A stretch of 64,000 nucleotides of DNA, from NCBI GenBank assembly GCA_963850555.1, contig CAWKLT010000013.1, positions 125,364 to 189,363 of the forward strand. The letters run 5' to 3'. This DNA is from an uncultured Chloroflexia bacterium. GTDB lineage: Bacteria; Chloroflexota; Limnocylindria; Limnocylindrales; CSP1-4. The notes beneath the pieces are model-generated. The model was not told the origin of the DNA. It saw only the letters and a list, made by a program, of their open reading frames with translations, and made no database searches. This document shows positions 1-9,848 of this stretch, piece after piece. Numbering within the stretch: the first letter of the stretch is position 1; each line of letters starts with the position of its first letter. Both the position numbers and the translations under genes were made by a program.

Positions 1-85
1 TCGGGGTTCATGGCATCCGAGCCGTCGAGGCTGCGCGAGGTCGGGAAGCGGATGTCGAGGACCTCGAGGGCGACGATCCGCGCCA
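1..85 (-). CDS. enolase-superfamily dehydratase, L-fuconate dehydratase (FucD)-like, N-terminus only (gene runs off the 5-prime end of the window)
   Basis: Reverse-strand translation from the ATG at 85 gives MARIVALEVLDIRFPTSRSLDGSDAMNP, the hallmark N-terminal motif of the FucD / mandelate racemase subgroup. It starts 2 nt after the permease stop. Confidence 0.55.
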
Positions 86-88
86 TCG

Positions 89-1141
89 TCAGCCCTTGAC
101 CGCGCCGACGAGGATGCCACGCGAGATGTATCGCTCGAGCACGATCGCCATGATGATGACCGGCACGATCATGAGCAGGACGAGGACCGACATCGCCCAC
201 CACTGGGGACCGCGGGTGGCGTCCTGTGCCGCGACGAGCAGCGGCATCGTCTGCGCCTTCGCGCTCGATAGCACGACCGCGATGAGGTACTCGTTCCAGG
301 CAAAGATCAGCGTGATGAGGAATGTCGCCACGAGGCCCGGAACCGCGATCGGCAGGACCACCGAGCGCACGATGCGGTAGATCGACGCCCCATCGACGGC
401 GGCCGCCTCCTCGAGCTCGATCGGCAACGCCATGAAGTAGTCGCGCATCAACCAGACGACGATGGGCACGTTGGCCGCGACGTACGTCAGGACGAGCGCG
501 AGCTGCGTGTCCAGCAGGCCGACCTGTTGGAAGAGCACGTACAGCGGGATGACGATCGCGATCGGTGGGAGGATCCGTTGCGAGATCAGCCAGAACGCGA
601 TGTCGTCATTGGCCAGCGTCCGTTGCGATCGTCTGGCGATGGCCTGGGCCAGCAAGGCGAACACCGCCCCGCCCGAGACGACCGCGAGCTGCCACGGGAC
701 GCCACCGAGCAGCGCCCCATAGGCGCCCGCCACGCATACCGCCCCCAGCGCGATCAGCCCGACCCGCGGCCGATAGGTGAAGCGGACGAGGGCGTATGCC
801 GCGGTCGAGCCCAGGACGAGCGCCAGGATGGCGCTCGAGAGGCCGACGATGACGGTGTTCACGTACGGCCGCAGGGTGTCGTCCCCGAGGTCGATGAGGA
901 TGTTGTGCCAGGCCGCGAGCGTCGGCTGGAAGTCGACGAACGGCAGGTAGAACGGGCCGCGATCCACGTCGACGGGCAGCTTGAGCGACGTCACCGCCAG
1001 CCAGTACAACGGGAAGAGCACGACGAGAGACCAACCGATCATCAGGACGTACGAGACGACCTTCGCTGCAGGCGAGATGTCGAGTGGCGAACGGCGGCGG
1101 AGTGGGTTGGCCATCAGATCGGTCGCAACCGGCGGCGCCAC
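89..1141 (-). CDS. carbohydrate ABC transporter permease (MalG-like)
   Basis: 350 aa ORF with 6 TM segments and the EAAxxDGAS permease signature. An internal Met at 1114 would give a 4-nt overlap with the upstream permease. Confidence 0.85.
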   Translation of the reverse strand: MAPPVATDLMANPLRRRSPLDISPAAKVVSYVLMIGWSLVVLFPLYWLAVTSLKLPVDVDRGPFYLPFVDFQPTLAAWHNILIDLGDDTLRPYVNTVIVGLSSAILALVLGSTAAYALVRFTYRPRVGLIALGAVCVAGAYGALLGGVPWQLAVVSGGAVFALLAQAIARRSQRTLANDDIAFWLISQRILPPIAIVIPLYVLFQQVGLLDTQLALVLTYVAANVPIVVWLMRDYFMALPIELEEAAAVDGASIYRIVRSVVLPIAVPGLVATFLITLIFAWNEYLIAVVLSSAKAQTMPLLVAAQDATRGPQWWAMSVLVLLMIVPVIIMAIVLERYISRGILVGAVKG

Positions 1142-2304
1142 CAGGCGACATAGGCCGTGGCGATGACCGTCACGAGGAACAGCAGGATGTAGGCGATCGC
1201 CGCCGATCGGCCGAGGTTGAGCGTCCGCCAGTCGAGATACGCCTGGAGCGTCAGTGATTGGGTCGCCGTCCCAGGGCCGCCACCCGTGAGGATGTTCGGC
1301 ATGTCGACGATCTTGAACCCCTCGATCAGGCGGATGAGGACGATCGTGGTGCTGACCGGCAGGATCGCGGGGATCGTGATGTGCCAGAAGGACTGGCGGT
1401 GCGACGCTCCATCCACGAACGCCGCCTCGCGGACCTCCTGGTCAAGGCCTTCGAGGGCCGCGAGCAACACGATGAACACGAACGGTGTCCATTGCCACGT
1501 GTCGCCGATGATGACCGCGATCCGGGCTGCCCACGGGTCGGTCACCCACGTGTACTGGCCCATGCCGAGGAGGCCGAAGACGGGTTCCAGCGGGCCCTTC
1601 CCGGTGTCGGTCATCATCCGGAACATGTAGCCCACGCCGATCGGCGTGATCGTCAGCGGCAGCATGAAGACGACCCGGAAGAACCGCCGTCCGGGCAACC
1701 GCTGAACGGCCAGGAGGGCCAGGCCGAGGCCCAGCAGGAACTGCACCACGATGCCGACGAAGACATAGATCATCGTGACGACCAGTGAGCCGGGCCGGCC
1801 GCCCTCGCTGAACAACGTCTGCACGACGAGCCACAGGAGGCCGGCTGCGAGGAGGGCCCCGCCGATCCGCAGGATCGCGCCGATGGGCCGGACGTGCCCG
1901 CCCCTCAGGCTGTCGACCAGTACCCGGACGATGATCGCCGCCCCGAGGCCGAACACGACCCAGCCCAGCGGGGTCGGAGCCTTCAGGACGCCGAGCAGGT
2001 GCGATCGCTCGGTGCCGAAGAACAGGATCTGGAAGTTCTGGAGGCCGACGAAGTCGACCTGGATCCGGCCGCGTGCGAACACGAGCTCCGAGAACGCCAG
2101 CGTCAGCGACGCCACGAGCGGGAAGATCGACAGGAACAGGATGACGACGACGGTCGGCCAGATGAACACCCACCGAGCGGCGCCATCCGAGCGCCAGCCG
2201 CCGAGCGATCCGATCGCTCGGCGGTGGAGGCGCGGCCCGCGGGTCACGTCGGGGGTCGTGACTCCGCGGGGGTCGAGATCGAGTGGTCTACCGTTGGACG
2301 CCAA
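1114..2304 (-). CDS. carbohydrate ABC transporter permease (MalF-like)
   Basis: 396 aa with multiple TM segments and the EAAFVDGAS signature. It lies in an operon with the binding protein and the second permease. Confidence 0.85.
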   Translation of the reverse strand: MASNGRPLDLDPRGVTTPDVTRGPRLHRRAIGSLGGWRSDGAARWVFIWPTVVVILFLSIFPLVASLTLAFSELVFARGRIQVDFVGLQNFQILFFGTERSHLLGVLKAPTPLGWVVFGLGAAIIVRVLVDSLRGGHVRPIGAILRIGGALLAAGLLWLVVQTLFSEGGRPGSLVVTMIYVFVGIVVQFLLGLGLALLAVQRLPGRRFFRVVFMLPLTITPIGVGYMFRMMTDTGKGPLEPVFGLLGMGQYTWVTDPWAARIAVIIGDTWQWTPFVFIVLLAALEGLDQEVREAAFVDGASHRQSFWHITIPAILPVSTTIVLIRLIEGFKIVDMPNILTGGGPGTATQSLTLQAYLDWRTLNLGRSAAIAYILLFLVTVIATAYVAWWRRRLRPI

Positions 2305-3832
2305 GGCTGTCCTGGTAGGCCTTGAGCTGTGCGTCGCGGCCCACCTGGTCAGTGATCTGGTTCCAGCCGTCGGTGATCTGCTGCATCGTCTCCTCCGCGG
2401 TCAGCTCACCGGCAATGTACTGCGAGACGGCCGTGTCGAGGACGTCCTGCTCGTACTCCTTCGTCTTGGGGATGCGCATGTCGAGGACCATGTTCGGGTT
2501 CTGGAGGCTGGCCTCGATCGCGCCGAGGTACTGATCCTGGGCGGCCGTGCTCATCCCGACTGCCGTCCACGGAGCGCGATCCTCGAAGTGCGCGGTCCGG
2601 TACGGATTGAAGCCCGTCTTGCCGAGGGTCACGTCCTCGCTCGACTGGGCAGGGGCGCTCATATAGGCGAGGAACGCGTAGGCCGCGTCCTTCTTCTCCT
2701 GTGCTGCCGCCGCGTTGATCGCGCCGGACCAGCCACCGAACGATGCGAAGGGGGCGTAGTTGACGCCATCGACCGCGTTCGGGCAGGTCGTCGCATCGCA
2801 GGCGACGAGCTTCCCAGTCGCCCGGTCGAGCGTTTCGGTCCAGCCCGGCGTGATGACCGCGCCGACCTTGTCCTGGACCGTCGACGTCGCCGGATCGAGC
2901 GCCAGCGTGCCGATGTCACCCCAGTCCATCGACAGGGCGCAGCGCCCGGTCGTGAACAGTCCGCGCGTATCGCCCACGCCGAGATTGATCTCGTCGGGCG
3001 GCCCGAAGTCCATGGTCTTCTTGTACGTGTCGAGCGCCTTGGCGAAGGCCTCGTTCTGCAGCAGCGGCTGCATGGTCGTGGTGTCGAAGAAGGCGCCTTC
3101 GCCGGTGCCCTTGGACTGCAGCAGCCCGCCGGCGACCGAGATGATCCACCAGAAGCTCTGCTGGCCCTTCTTCTTCGCGATGCAGGAGCCGTAATCAGGC
3201 TCACCGTCGCCGTTGAGGTCCTTGCCGTGGTGCGCGGCTGCGACCGTGAGGTACTCGTCCCACGTCTTTGGAGGCGTGTCGATCAGGTCGCTGCGGTAAT
3301 AGACCATGTGGAAGTCGCCATCGAGCGGGATCGTGTAGGTCTTGCCCCCGTAGGTCGCATTGAAGTCGCGGAAGAACGGCCCGACGTCCTGCCAATCCAC
3401 GACTGGGTCGCTCTCGACGCGCGCGCTGAGGTCCTCGAGGTACCCGGGCCCGGTGAAGTCGCCGAGCCACTGGGGATTGAACACGAAGGCGTCGAAGCTG
3501 TTCGTGCCCGTCGACAGGTCGAGGATCGCCTTGTCGTAGATCTCCTGGAAGCCGACAGCCACGACATTGATCTTGGCGCCCGTGAGCGCCTCGAAGTCCG
3601 GGGCTCGACGCTGGAGCGGCTCCGCGATCTGCGGGCCGTTGAACGTCAGGAGCTCGACCGTGACGCCGGTGAAGTCCTGGCCGGCGGCCGATGCGCTCGG
3701 GGCCACGGCGGCGCTGGCCGACGGGGCCGGTGCGACCGACGCGGGGGCAGACGATGGGGTTGCCCCGGAACAGGCTGAGGCGATGAAGATCGCTGTGATC
3801 GCTGCCGCGACCAATCGGTACCGCGACGCCAC
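2288..3832 (-). CDS. ABC transporter substrate-binding lipoprotein (family 1 sugar-binding)
   Basis: 514 aa with an N-terminal signal peptide and lipobox Cys (IASAC), then an Ala/Pro/Ser linker and a family-1 SBP fold. Confidence 0.85.
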   Translation of the reverse strand: MASRYRLVAAAITAIFIASACSGATPSSAPASVAPAPSASAAVAPSASAAGQDFTGVTVELLTFNGPQIAEPLQRRAPDFEALTGAKINVVAVGFQEIYDKAILDLSTGTNSFDAFVFNPQWLGDFTGPGYLEDLSARVESDPVVDWQDVGPFFRDFNATYGGKTYTIPLDGDFHMVYYRSDLIDTPPKTWDEYLTVAAAHHGKDLNGDGEPDYGSCIAKKKGQQSFWWIISVAGGLLQSKGTGEGAFFDTTTMQPLLQNEAFAKALDTYKKTMDFGPPDEINLGVGDTRGLFTTGRCALSMDWGDIGTLALDPATSTVQDKVGAVITPGWTETLDRATGKLVACDATTCPNAVDGVNYAPFASFGGWSGAINAAAAQEKKDAAYAFLAYMSAPAQSSEDVTLGKTGFNPYRTAHFEDRAPWTAVGMSTAAQDQYLGAIEASLQNPNMVLDMRIPKTKEYEQDVLDTAVSQYIAGELTAEETMQQITDGWNQITDQVGRDAQLKAYQDSLGVQR

Positions 3833-3863
3833 GTGAGACCCTCCTCTTGCACTCGTCCGTCCC

Positions 3864-3905
3864 GTCCAGCATATTGGACAGAAGGCGGTAGGCTGGACAT
3901 TATGG
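3864..3905. promoter_or_regulatory. candidate IclR-type operator between the divergent SBP operon and the IclR gene
   Basis: Inverted repeat GTCCAgcatatTGGAC at 3864-3879, and a second TGGACAtta half-site at about 3893-3901, inside the 143-bp divergent intergenic region. Confidence 0.3.
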
Positions 3906-3975
3906 CATCGACTCGGTTGCAGTCAAGATACGGCACGCGGTTCAGCATGCTGACCGGTAGATTGGGAGGGCACGG

Positions 3976-4854
3976 ATGACGAGCGCGGAGAACGAGGTCG
4001 CCGATCCAGCGCTCGCGGTCGTCCCGGATGCGGCCGGCGCCATCGGCGAGGCCGATTCGCTCGCGCCGGCGGTTACCCGAGCCGCGGTGATCCTCGACCT
4101 GCTCGCCGAGAATGGCGGCGCAGCCGCCGGACCGAGCGAGCTCGCGCGGCGACTCGGGCTCCCGAAGTCGTCCATCGCGAACATCTGCGCAGCGCTCGCC
4201 GATGCTGGGCTCGCGCGACGGGTCGGCACCGGGTTCGCGCTCGGCCGCAAGCTCGCCGAGCTTGGCGGCGCCTACCTCGCCGCCGTGGACCAGATCCAGG
4301 AGTTCTACGACGCCTGTCGCGGGCTCGAGGTCGGATCGGTGGAGACCATCCAGCTGGCCGTGCTCGACGGGATCGAGATGACCTACCTCGCCCGGCACGA
4401 CGGACGCCAGCCCGTCCGCTTGACCTCGCAGATCGGCCGGCGCCTGCCGGCCAGCGTCACCGCGACCGGCAAGGCGGCGCTCGCCACATTGGACGCCGAT
4501 GAGGTCGCTCGCCGCTTCGAGGGGGTCGTGCTGCCGACGCTCACCCGCCGATCGCTGCCCACACTCGAGGCGCTGCTCGCCGACCTCGACGTCGTGCGCC
4601 AACGCGGCTATTCCATGGATGACGAGGAGACCGTCGAGGGCGTCGTGTGTTTCGGCGTCGCGATCCCGGGCCGAGAACCGGGGGAGGGGCCGTACGCGGC
4701 GAGCACCACCCTCCTCAAGGCTCGGGCGAGCTTCGATCGGGTCCCGCCGCTGATCGCGGATCTTCACCGTCTCGCCGAGCGGCTCTCCGACCCACTCCAC
4801 GGCGAGTGGACCGGCCAGGCCGCCGCGGTCCGGCGGGACGATCAGAGGCCGTAG
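3976..4854 (+). CDS. IclR family transcriptional regulator
   Basis: 292 aa with an N-terminal wHTH (LGLPKSSIANICAALADAGL) and a C-terminal IclR effector domain. It is divergent from the sugar transporter operon. Confidence 0.85.
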   Translation: MTSAENEVADPALAVVPDAAGAIGEADSLAPAVTRAAVILDLLAENGGAAAGPSELARRLGLPKSSIANICAALADAGLARRVGTGFALGRKLAELGGAYLAAVDQIQEFYDACRGLEVGSVETIQLAVLDGIEMTYLARHDGRQPVRLTSQIGRRLPASVTATGKAALATLDADEVARRFEGVVLPTLTRRSLPTLEALLADLDVVRQRGYSMDDEETVEGVVCFGVAIPGREPGEGPYAASTTLLKARASFDRVPPLIADLHRLAERLSDPLHGEWTGQAAAVRRDDQRP

Positions 4855-5678
4855 ATCCGGGTGGCGTTCGCGCTCATGACCGCGGCCTGCTCGCGTTCGG
4901 AGAGGCCACCCAGGACGGCCCGCGCCGCGTCGACGACGCCCGCGTAGGTCGCAGCCAGCAGGCAGACCGGCCAGTCGGACCCGAAGATCAGCCGCTCCGG
5001 CCCGAAGACGTCGATCGCGTGATCCACGAAGGGCTGGAGGTCGGCCGACGTCCATGACGACCAATCGGCCTCGGTGACGAGCCCGGACACCTTGCAGGCA
5101 ACGTGCTCCAGCGCGCCGAACGACCCGAGCTGGGTGCGCCACGGTTCCAGGGCACCGGACGCGATCGGCGGCTTGGCGAGGTGATCGACGACGAACCGGA
5201 CATCCGGCAGGCGCCCGGCAAGTTCCACGGCCGCCGGCAGCTCGCGCGGTCGCAGGAGGAGGTCGTAGGCGAGACCGGCCGCTCCGACGGCCCGGATCCC
5301 GCGGACCACGTCCGCGCGCAAGAGCCACGCCGGGTCCGGCTCGTCGTGAACCTGGTGACGGATCCCGACCAGGCGATCGCCGCCGGGCCCGGCTCGTAGC
5401 GTGTCGATCGCGTCCGCCACGGCCGGACCGGTCAGGTCCACCCAGCCGATCACGCCGCGAACGAAGGGCGTGGCCGCCGCGAGGGCCAGGAACCCGGCCG
5501 TCTCGTCAAGACTGGCTCGGGTCTGGACAAGGACCGTGGCGTCGACGCCGGTCGCTGCGAGCTCCGGGGCAAGATCGTCCGGCCCGAACGGCCGACGGAT
5601 CTTGGCGAGCTCATCAGTCAACCACGGATAGTCCGCCGTTTCCGGATCCCAGAAGTGGTGGTGGGCGTCGACGATCAC
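4842..5678 (-). CDS. amidohydrolase-2 family protein (sugar lactonase-like, e.g. L-fuconolactonase type)
   Basis: 278 aa starting MIVDAHHHFWDP, with the HxH, D and DH metal-ligand pattern of amidohydrolase_2 / TIM-barrel lactonases. Confidence 0.8.
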   Translation of the reverse strand: MIVDAHHHFWDPETADYPWLTDELAKIRRPFGPDDLAPELAATGVDATVLVQTRASLDETAGFLALAAATPFVRGVIGWVDLTGPAVADAIDTLRAGPGGDRLVGIRHQVHDEPDPAWLLRADVVRGIRAVGAAGLAYDLLLRPRELPAAVELAGRLPDVRFVVDHLAKPPIASGALEPWRTQLGSFGALEHVACKVSGLVTEADWSSWTSADLQPFVDHAIDVFGPERLIFGSDWPVCLLAATYAGVVDAARAVLGGLSEREQAAVMSANATRIYGL

Positions 5679-5684
5679 GGCGGG

Positions 5685-6714
5685 TCAGTCGGGGACCGGT
5701 GCGTCGGCGGCGAGGAGTCCCTGCGCGCGGAGCTCGGCCCACAGGTCGGGCGGGATCGAATGCGCGAGCATCGCGGGGTACTCGTCGAGGTGGGCGGGCG
5801 TCCGAACGCCGGCGACGAGGGACACGACGGCAGGATGCGCGAGCGGGAACTGCATCGCCGCCGCCCGGAGCGGTACACCGTGGCGGGCGCAGACCGCCCC
5901 GAGACGGCGGGCCCGCTCGATGATCTCAGGCGGCGCCAGGGCGTAGTCGAACCGGCTGCCCGGCCGGGGATCGGCGAGGACCCCGCTGTTCATCACCCCG
6001 CCGACCAGAACCGCGATGCCGCGTTCGGCGCACGTCGGCAGCAACTCGTCGAGTGCCCCCTGGTCCAGGAGCGTGTATCGGTTCGCGAGCAGCAGCACGT
6101 CCATGTCCGTCTCGCGGGCGAACCGCGCCAGCATGGCCGACTGGTTCATGCCGGCGCCGACGGCCCGGAGCACGCCCTCGGAGCGCATCCGCTCCAAGGC
6201 GGGCCACGCCTCCGAGATGGCCGCCGGCCAATGCTCGTCCGGGTCATGGATGAACGCGATGTCGATCCGATCGAGGCCCAGGCGCTCCAGGCTCTCTTCG
6301 AGGGAGCGGCGAATGCCATCGGCGCTGTAGTCGAACACGAGGCGGACCGGCTCGTGGCGGACATAGAACGCGTCGTCGAGGCCGTCGAGGCGTTGGTGGT
6401 CGATGTCGGCATCCGCCGGGATCGCCGCCTCGTCACGGACGAGTCGGCCCACCTTGGTCGACAGGACGAATGCGTCGCGGGGCCGACCCCGAAGAGCCTC
6501 GCCGACCCGTCGCTCCGAGGCTGCCGTACCCATACAGCGGCGCGGTATCGAAGGAGCGAATACCGAGATCCCACGCATGGCGAACCGTGGCGATCGCGTC
6601 GTCGTCGGTAACCTCCGCGAACAGGCCGCCGATCGATGCGCCACCGAAGCCGAGGCGCGTAACGGCGAGACCTGTCCGTCCGAGTGGCACCCGCTCAGTG
6701 GCGTCGATCGGCAT
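5685..6714 (-). pseudogene. aldo/keto reductase, frameshifted near 6515-6525
   Basis: N-terminus MPIDATERVPLGRTGLAVTRLGFGG...FDTAPLYGYG is in one frame (start 6714, SD GGAG). The remainder SERRVGEALRG...IAFIHDPD... continues in another frame (ORF 5685..7085). Together they total about 343 aa, typical for an AKR. Confidence 0.75.
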
Positions 6715-6825
6715 GGCTCCTGCAAGTTGCGTTCCGGTGGAGGTTGACGCGGTCCATGAGCGTAGCGTATCGTCCAGTCCTCGGTCCACCGGACAGAATG
6801 CTGAACGAAGCCCCGGGAGCCCATC

Positions 6826-7713
6826 GTGCGTTTGATGTCGTGCCGGTCCGCCGCCGGTGAGATCCTCGGGATCGTCGAGGGCGAGCGCTGGTTGCCTGCC
6901 GCGACGCTCCTCGCGAGCGGCCCCCGCACGATAGCCGACCTGCTCGCCGCCGGCCCCGACGCGCCAGCGGAGTTGCGCGAGGCGGCCGCGGCGGCGCGGA
7001 TCGGTACGACTGGGCGACCACTCGGCGAGGCCGACTTGCTCGCCCCGGTGCCACGCCCTGGCAAGGTGGTCGCGATCGGACGCAACTACCGGGAACACGC
7101 GGAAGAGGAAGGTGTCGAGCCGCCGACGGCGCCCCTGATCTTCTCGAAATGGCCGAGCTCGGTCGTGGGCCCCGGCGCAGACATCCGTTGGGATGCCGGG
7201 CTCACCGAGCAGGTCGACTACGAGGCGGAGCTTGCCGTCGTGATCGGTCGAACGGCTCGGCGTGTCGCCGTCGCCGACGCCCTCGAGCACGTGCTCGGCT
7301 ACACCTGCCTCAATGACGTGTCCGCTCGCGACCTCCAGTTCGGCGACGGCCAATGGACCCGGGGAAAATCGCTCGACACGTTCTGTCCGATGGGCCCGGT
7401 TCTCGTCACGTCCGACGAGCTCGGCGACGCAGGTGACCTCGCGATCCGCTGCTCGGTCGGCGATGACGTTCTCCAGGAGGCCCGCACATCGCAGATGTAC
7501 TTCTCCGTGGCGGAGATCGTCAGCTACTGCTCAATGGCCTTCACGCTGGAGCCCGGCGACGTGATCGCAACCGGCACCCCATCGGGTGTCGGTGCTTTCC
7601 GCAAACCTCCGCGATACCTCGCTGACGGCGATCGCGTCACCGTGGAGATCGAGGGCATCGGCGTGCTCGAAAACACCTGTCGGGTCGAGTCGGTGTCATG
7701 GGCGGCGGCGTGA
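6826..7713 (+). CDS. fumarylacetoacetate hydrolase (FAH) family protein (2-keto-4-pentenoate hydratase / diketo-deoxy-sugar-acid hydrolase type)
   Basis: 295 aa FAH C-terminal domain fold (GRNYREHAEE...GTPSGVG). It is divergent from the AKR gene. Confidence 0.85.
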   Translation: MRLMSCRSAAGEILGIVEGERWLPAATLLASGPRTIADLLAAGPDAPAELREAAAAARIGTTGRPLGEADLLAPVPRPGKVVAIGRNYREHAEEEGVEPPTAPLIFSKWPSSVVGPGADIRWDAGLTEQVDYEAELAVVIGRTARRVAVADALEHVLGYTCLNDVSARDLQFGDGQWTRGKSLDTFCPMGPVLVTSDELGDAGDLAIRCSVGDDVLQEARTSQMYFSVAEIVSYCSMAFTLEPGDVIATGTPSGVGAFRKPPRYLADGDRVTVEIEGIGVLENTCRVESVSWAAA

Positions 7714-8738
7714 CGACGAGGTCCCGCAGGGACACCGAGCGCTTCCTCGTGACCGGTGCCCTGGGCTGTATCGGCGCCTGGACCGTCCGCCAGCTCCTGC
7801 GCGAGGGCGTGCCGGTCGTCGCCTTCGATCTCGGGCGGGATCCCCGACGGATCGAGCTCATCGTCGAGCCGGACGCGCTCGAGGGGGTGGATTTCGTTCA
7901 GGGGGACATCACCGATCTTGCGAACGTCGAACGCGCTCTCGACGAATACGGCATCACCAACGTGATCCACCTTGCCGCGCTCCAGGTGCCGTTCTGCCGT
8001 GCCGACCCCCCGCTCGGTGCCCAGGTCAACGTGACCGGGACGGTGAACGTCTTCGAGGCGGTGAAGCGGCGAGGCGAGGGGATGGCGCCCATCGTGTATA
8101 CGGGGTCCATCGGCATGTTCTCGTTGTCCGACGTCGATCCGATGACGGGCCGACTGGAGGAGGACGCGGACGCCCATCCGGGCAACCACTACGGTGTCTA
8201 CAAGCTCGCCAACGAAGGCTCGGCGCGCATCTACTGGGTCGACTCGGGCGTCCCGAGCGTGGGCCTGCGGCCGATGACCGTCTACGGCGCCGGCCGGGAC
8301 CAGGGCATGACGAGCACGCCCACCGTCGCGATCGCGGCCGCCGTGCTCGGCATCCCATACGAGATCAGCTTCGGTGGCCGCACCCTGTTCCAGTACGCCG
8401 AGGACGTGGCGGCGACCCTGGTCCTTGCGAGTCGAAGCGCTCCCGATGGGCCGCGAGTCTACAACCTCGGTGGCAGCCAGGTGGCCCTCGACGAGTGGGT
8501 GGCCGCCATCGAAACCGCCGTCCCGGAGGCGGCCGGGCTGATCACGGTAGCGCCGACGGAGCTGCCGTTTCCCGCGGACATCGCCCATGGTCGGCTGGCG
8601 GAGCTCGGCGACGTGCCGGTCACGCCTTACCAAGATGCGATCGCCGCGAGCGCAGCGATCTATCGCCGCCTGGCCGCCGAAGGGCGGCTCAACGGCGCCG
8701 AACACGGGATCGCGACCGCCGCGCCGGCCCGTCCGTGA
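7698..8738 (+). CDS. NAD-dependent epimerase/dehydratase (extended SDR) family protein
   Basis: 346 aa with Rossmann motif LVTGALGCIGAW and YxxxK (YGVYK). It overlaps the FAH stop by 16 nt. Confidence 0.8.
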   Translation: MGGGVTTRSRRDTERFLVTGALGCIGAWTVRQLLREGVPVVAFDLGRDPRRIELIVEPDALEGVDFVQGDITDLANVERALDEYGITNVIHLAALQVPFCRADPPLGAQVNVTGTVNVFEAVKRRGEGMAPIVYTGSIGMFSLSDVDPMTGRLEEDADAHPGNHYGVYKLANEGSARIYWVDSGVPSVGLRPMTVYGAGRDQGMTSTPTVAIAAAVLGIPYEISFGGRTLFQYAEDVAATLVLASRSAPDGPRVYNLGGSQVALDEWVAAIETAVPEAAGLITVAPTELPFPADIAHGRLAELGDVPVTPYQDAIAASAAIYRRLAAEGRLNGAEHGIATAAPARP

Positions 8739-8747
8739 GGGCGGACG

Positions 8748-9848
8748 GTGCCGGTCTACGCTGATCCTTCCGGCGGCCTCGCCGTCCCGGCCGGCCTCCT
8801 CCAGGCCTGGACGGCGAGGCTCGTCGAATCGCTCGGGACACCGCGCGACATCGCGGCCGACGTCGCGGAGGTGCTGGTCGCGTCCGACCGCCGCGGGATC
8901 GCATCGCACGGGACCGCCCGCCTCCCGAACTACATCGCGTTGATCGAGGCCGGGGTCATGGACCCGGGCGCTCGGCCCGTGGTCGACGGCGGCCGGCCGG
9001 CGTTGACGCGCTTCGATGCGCGCAACGGCTGGGGTCATCACGCTGGCCGCGTTGCACTCGACGCCGCCATCGACACGGCACGGGACCTGGGTCTCGCCGC
9101 GACAACGGTCCGCAACTCGAATCACTTCGGGATCGCAGGCTGGTATGCGCTTCGGGCGGCGGCGGCCGGGCTCATCGGGATCTCGCTCTCGAACACCTCG
9201 CCGCTCGTCGCACCGACGCGGGCACGGCAGCCTCTGATCGGCACCAATCCCATCGCGCTGGCGGCCCCGGCGGGCCGGTTCGGATCGTTCTGCCTCGACA
9301 TGGCGACCTCGACGATCCCGCGTGGTCGGATCGAGGTGGCGGCCCGTCGCGGGGACCTCCTGCCGGTTGGTTGGGCGATCGACGCCGAGGGACGCCCGGC
9401 CACGACGCCCGAGGCCGCACTGGGCGGCGCGCTCCACCCGCTCGGTGGGGAGGAAGCGACCGGCGGCCACAAGGGCTATGGATTGTCCCTGGCGGTCGAT
9501 CTCCTCACTGGAGTCCTCGCCGGTGCCGCGTTCGGCCCGAACATCGTCGGGTTGTTCAGTACGGACGGCCCGTCGGATCTCGGCCAGACGTTCATCGTCA
9601 TCGATCCCGCGGCGGTCGATGCGCCCGGCGCATTCGAATCGCGGCTGGAGGGCTATCTCGATCAGCTCGTGGCCGCGCCGACGATCCCGGACGCTCCCGG
9701 GCGCGTGCTTGTGCCGGGCGAGCCCGAGGCCGAGGCGGAACGCCGCTCGGACGATCGCGGCGTGATGCTCGACCCGGTCCACGCGAAGCACCTCGTCGAG
9801 CTGGGCGACCGCTTCGGCATCCCATTCTCGGTATCGTCCACCGCATGA
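8748..9848 (+). CDS. Ldh_2 family (malate/L-lactate/ureidoglycolate dehydrogenase family) oxidoreductase
   Basis: 366 aa containing the conserved Ldh_2 blocks (NSNHFGIAGWY, GTNPIA, HKGYGL). Confidence 0.8.
   Translation: MPVYADPSGGLAVPAGLLQAWTARLVESLGTPRDIAADVAEVLVASDRRGIASHGTARLPNYIALIEAGVMDPGARPVVDGGRPALTRFDARNGWGHHAGRVALDAAIDTARDLGLAATTVRNSNHFGIAGWYALRAAAAGLIGISLSNTSPLVAPTRARQPLIGTNPIALAAPAGRFGSFCLDMATSTIPRGRIEVAARRGDLLPVGWAIDAEGRPATTPEAALGGALHPLGGEEATGGHKGYGLSLAVDLLTGVLAGAAFGPNIVGLFSTDGPSDLGQTFIVIDPAAVDAPGAFESRLEGYLDQLVAAPTIPDAPGRVLVPGEPEAEAERRSDDRGVMLDPVHAKHLVELGDRFGIPFSVSSTA

Noticed and set aside
527-1153. 208-aa plus-strand ORF (and neighbours 462..722, 565..780, 606..1151) overlapping the permease gene
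   Set aside because: The product is Arg/Asp/Glu-rich and low-complexity, mirroring GC-rich codon positions of the real minus-strand permease. This is a typical antisense artefact of a 72% GC genome.
1775-3778. 667-aa plus-strand ORF across the second permease and binding-protein genes
   Set aside because: It is antisense to two well-supported genes, Arg-rich, has no domain, and no plausible SD.
3646-5328. 560-aa minus-strand ORF spanning the IclR and amidohydrolase genes
   Set aside because: It overlaps two confident genes on both strands and has Arg/Pro/Gly-rich composition.
7524-9791. 755-aa minus-strand ORF covering the SDR and Ldh_2 genes
   Set aside because: It is antisense to two genes with clear family signatures and has no recognisable domain.
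9371-9845. N-terminal 160 aa of ORF 9371..10828 preceding the LhgO start
   Set aside because: This is read-through of the LhgO frame into the Ldh_2 gene. The real start is the Met at 9846 immediately before the GxGxxG motif.
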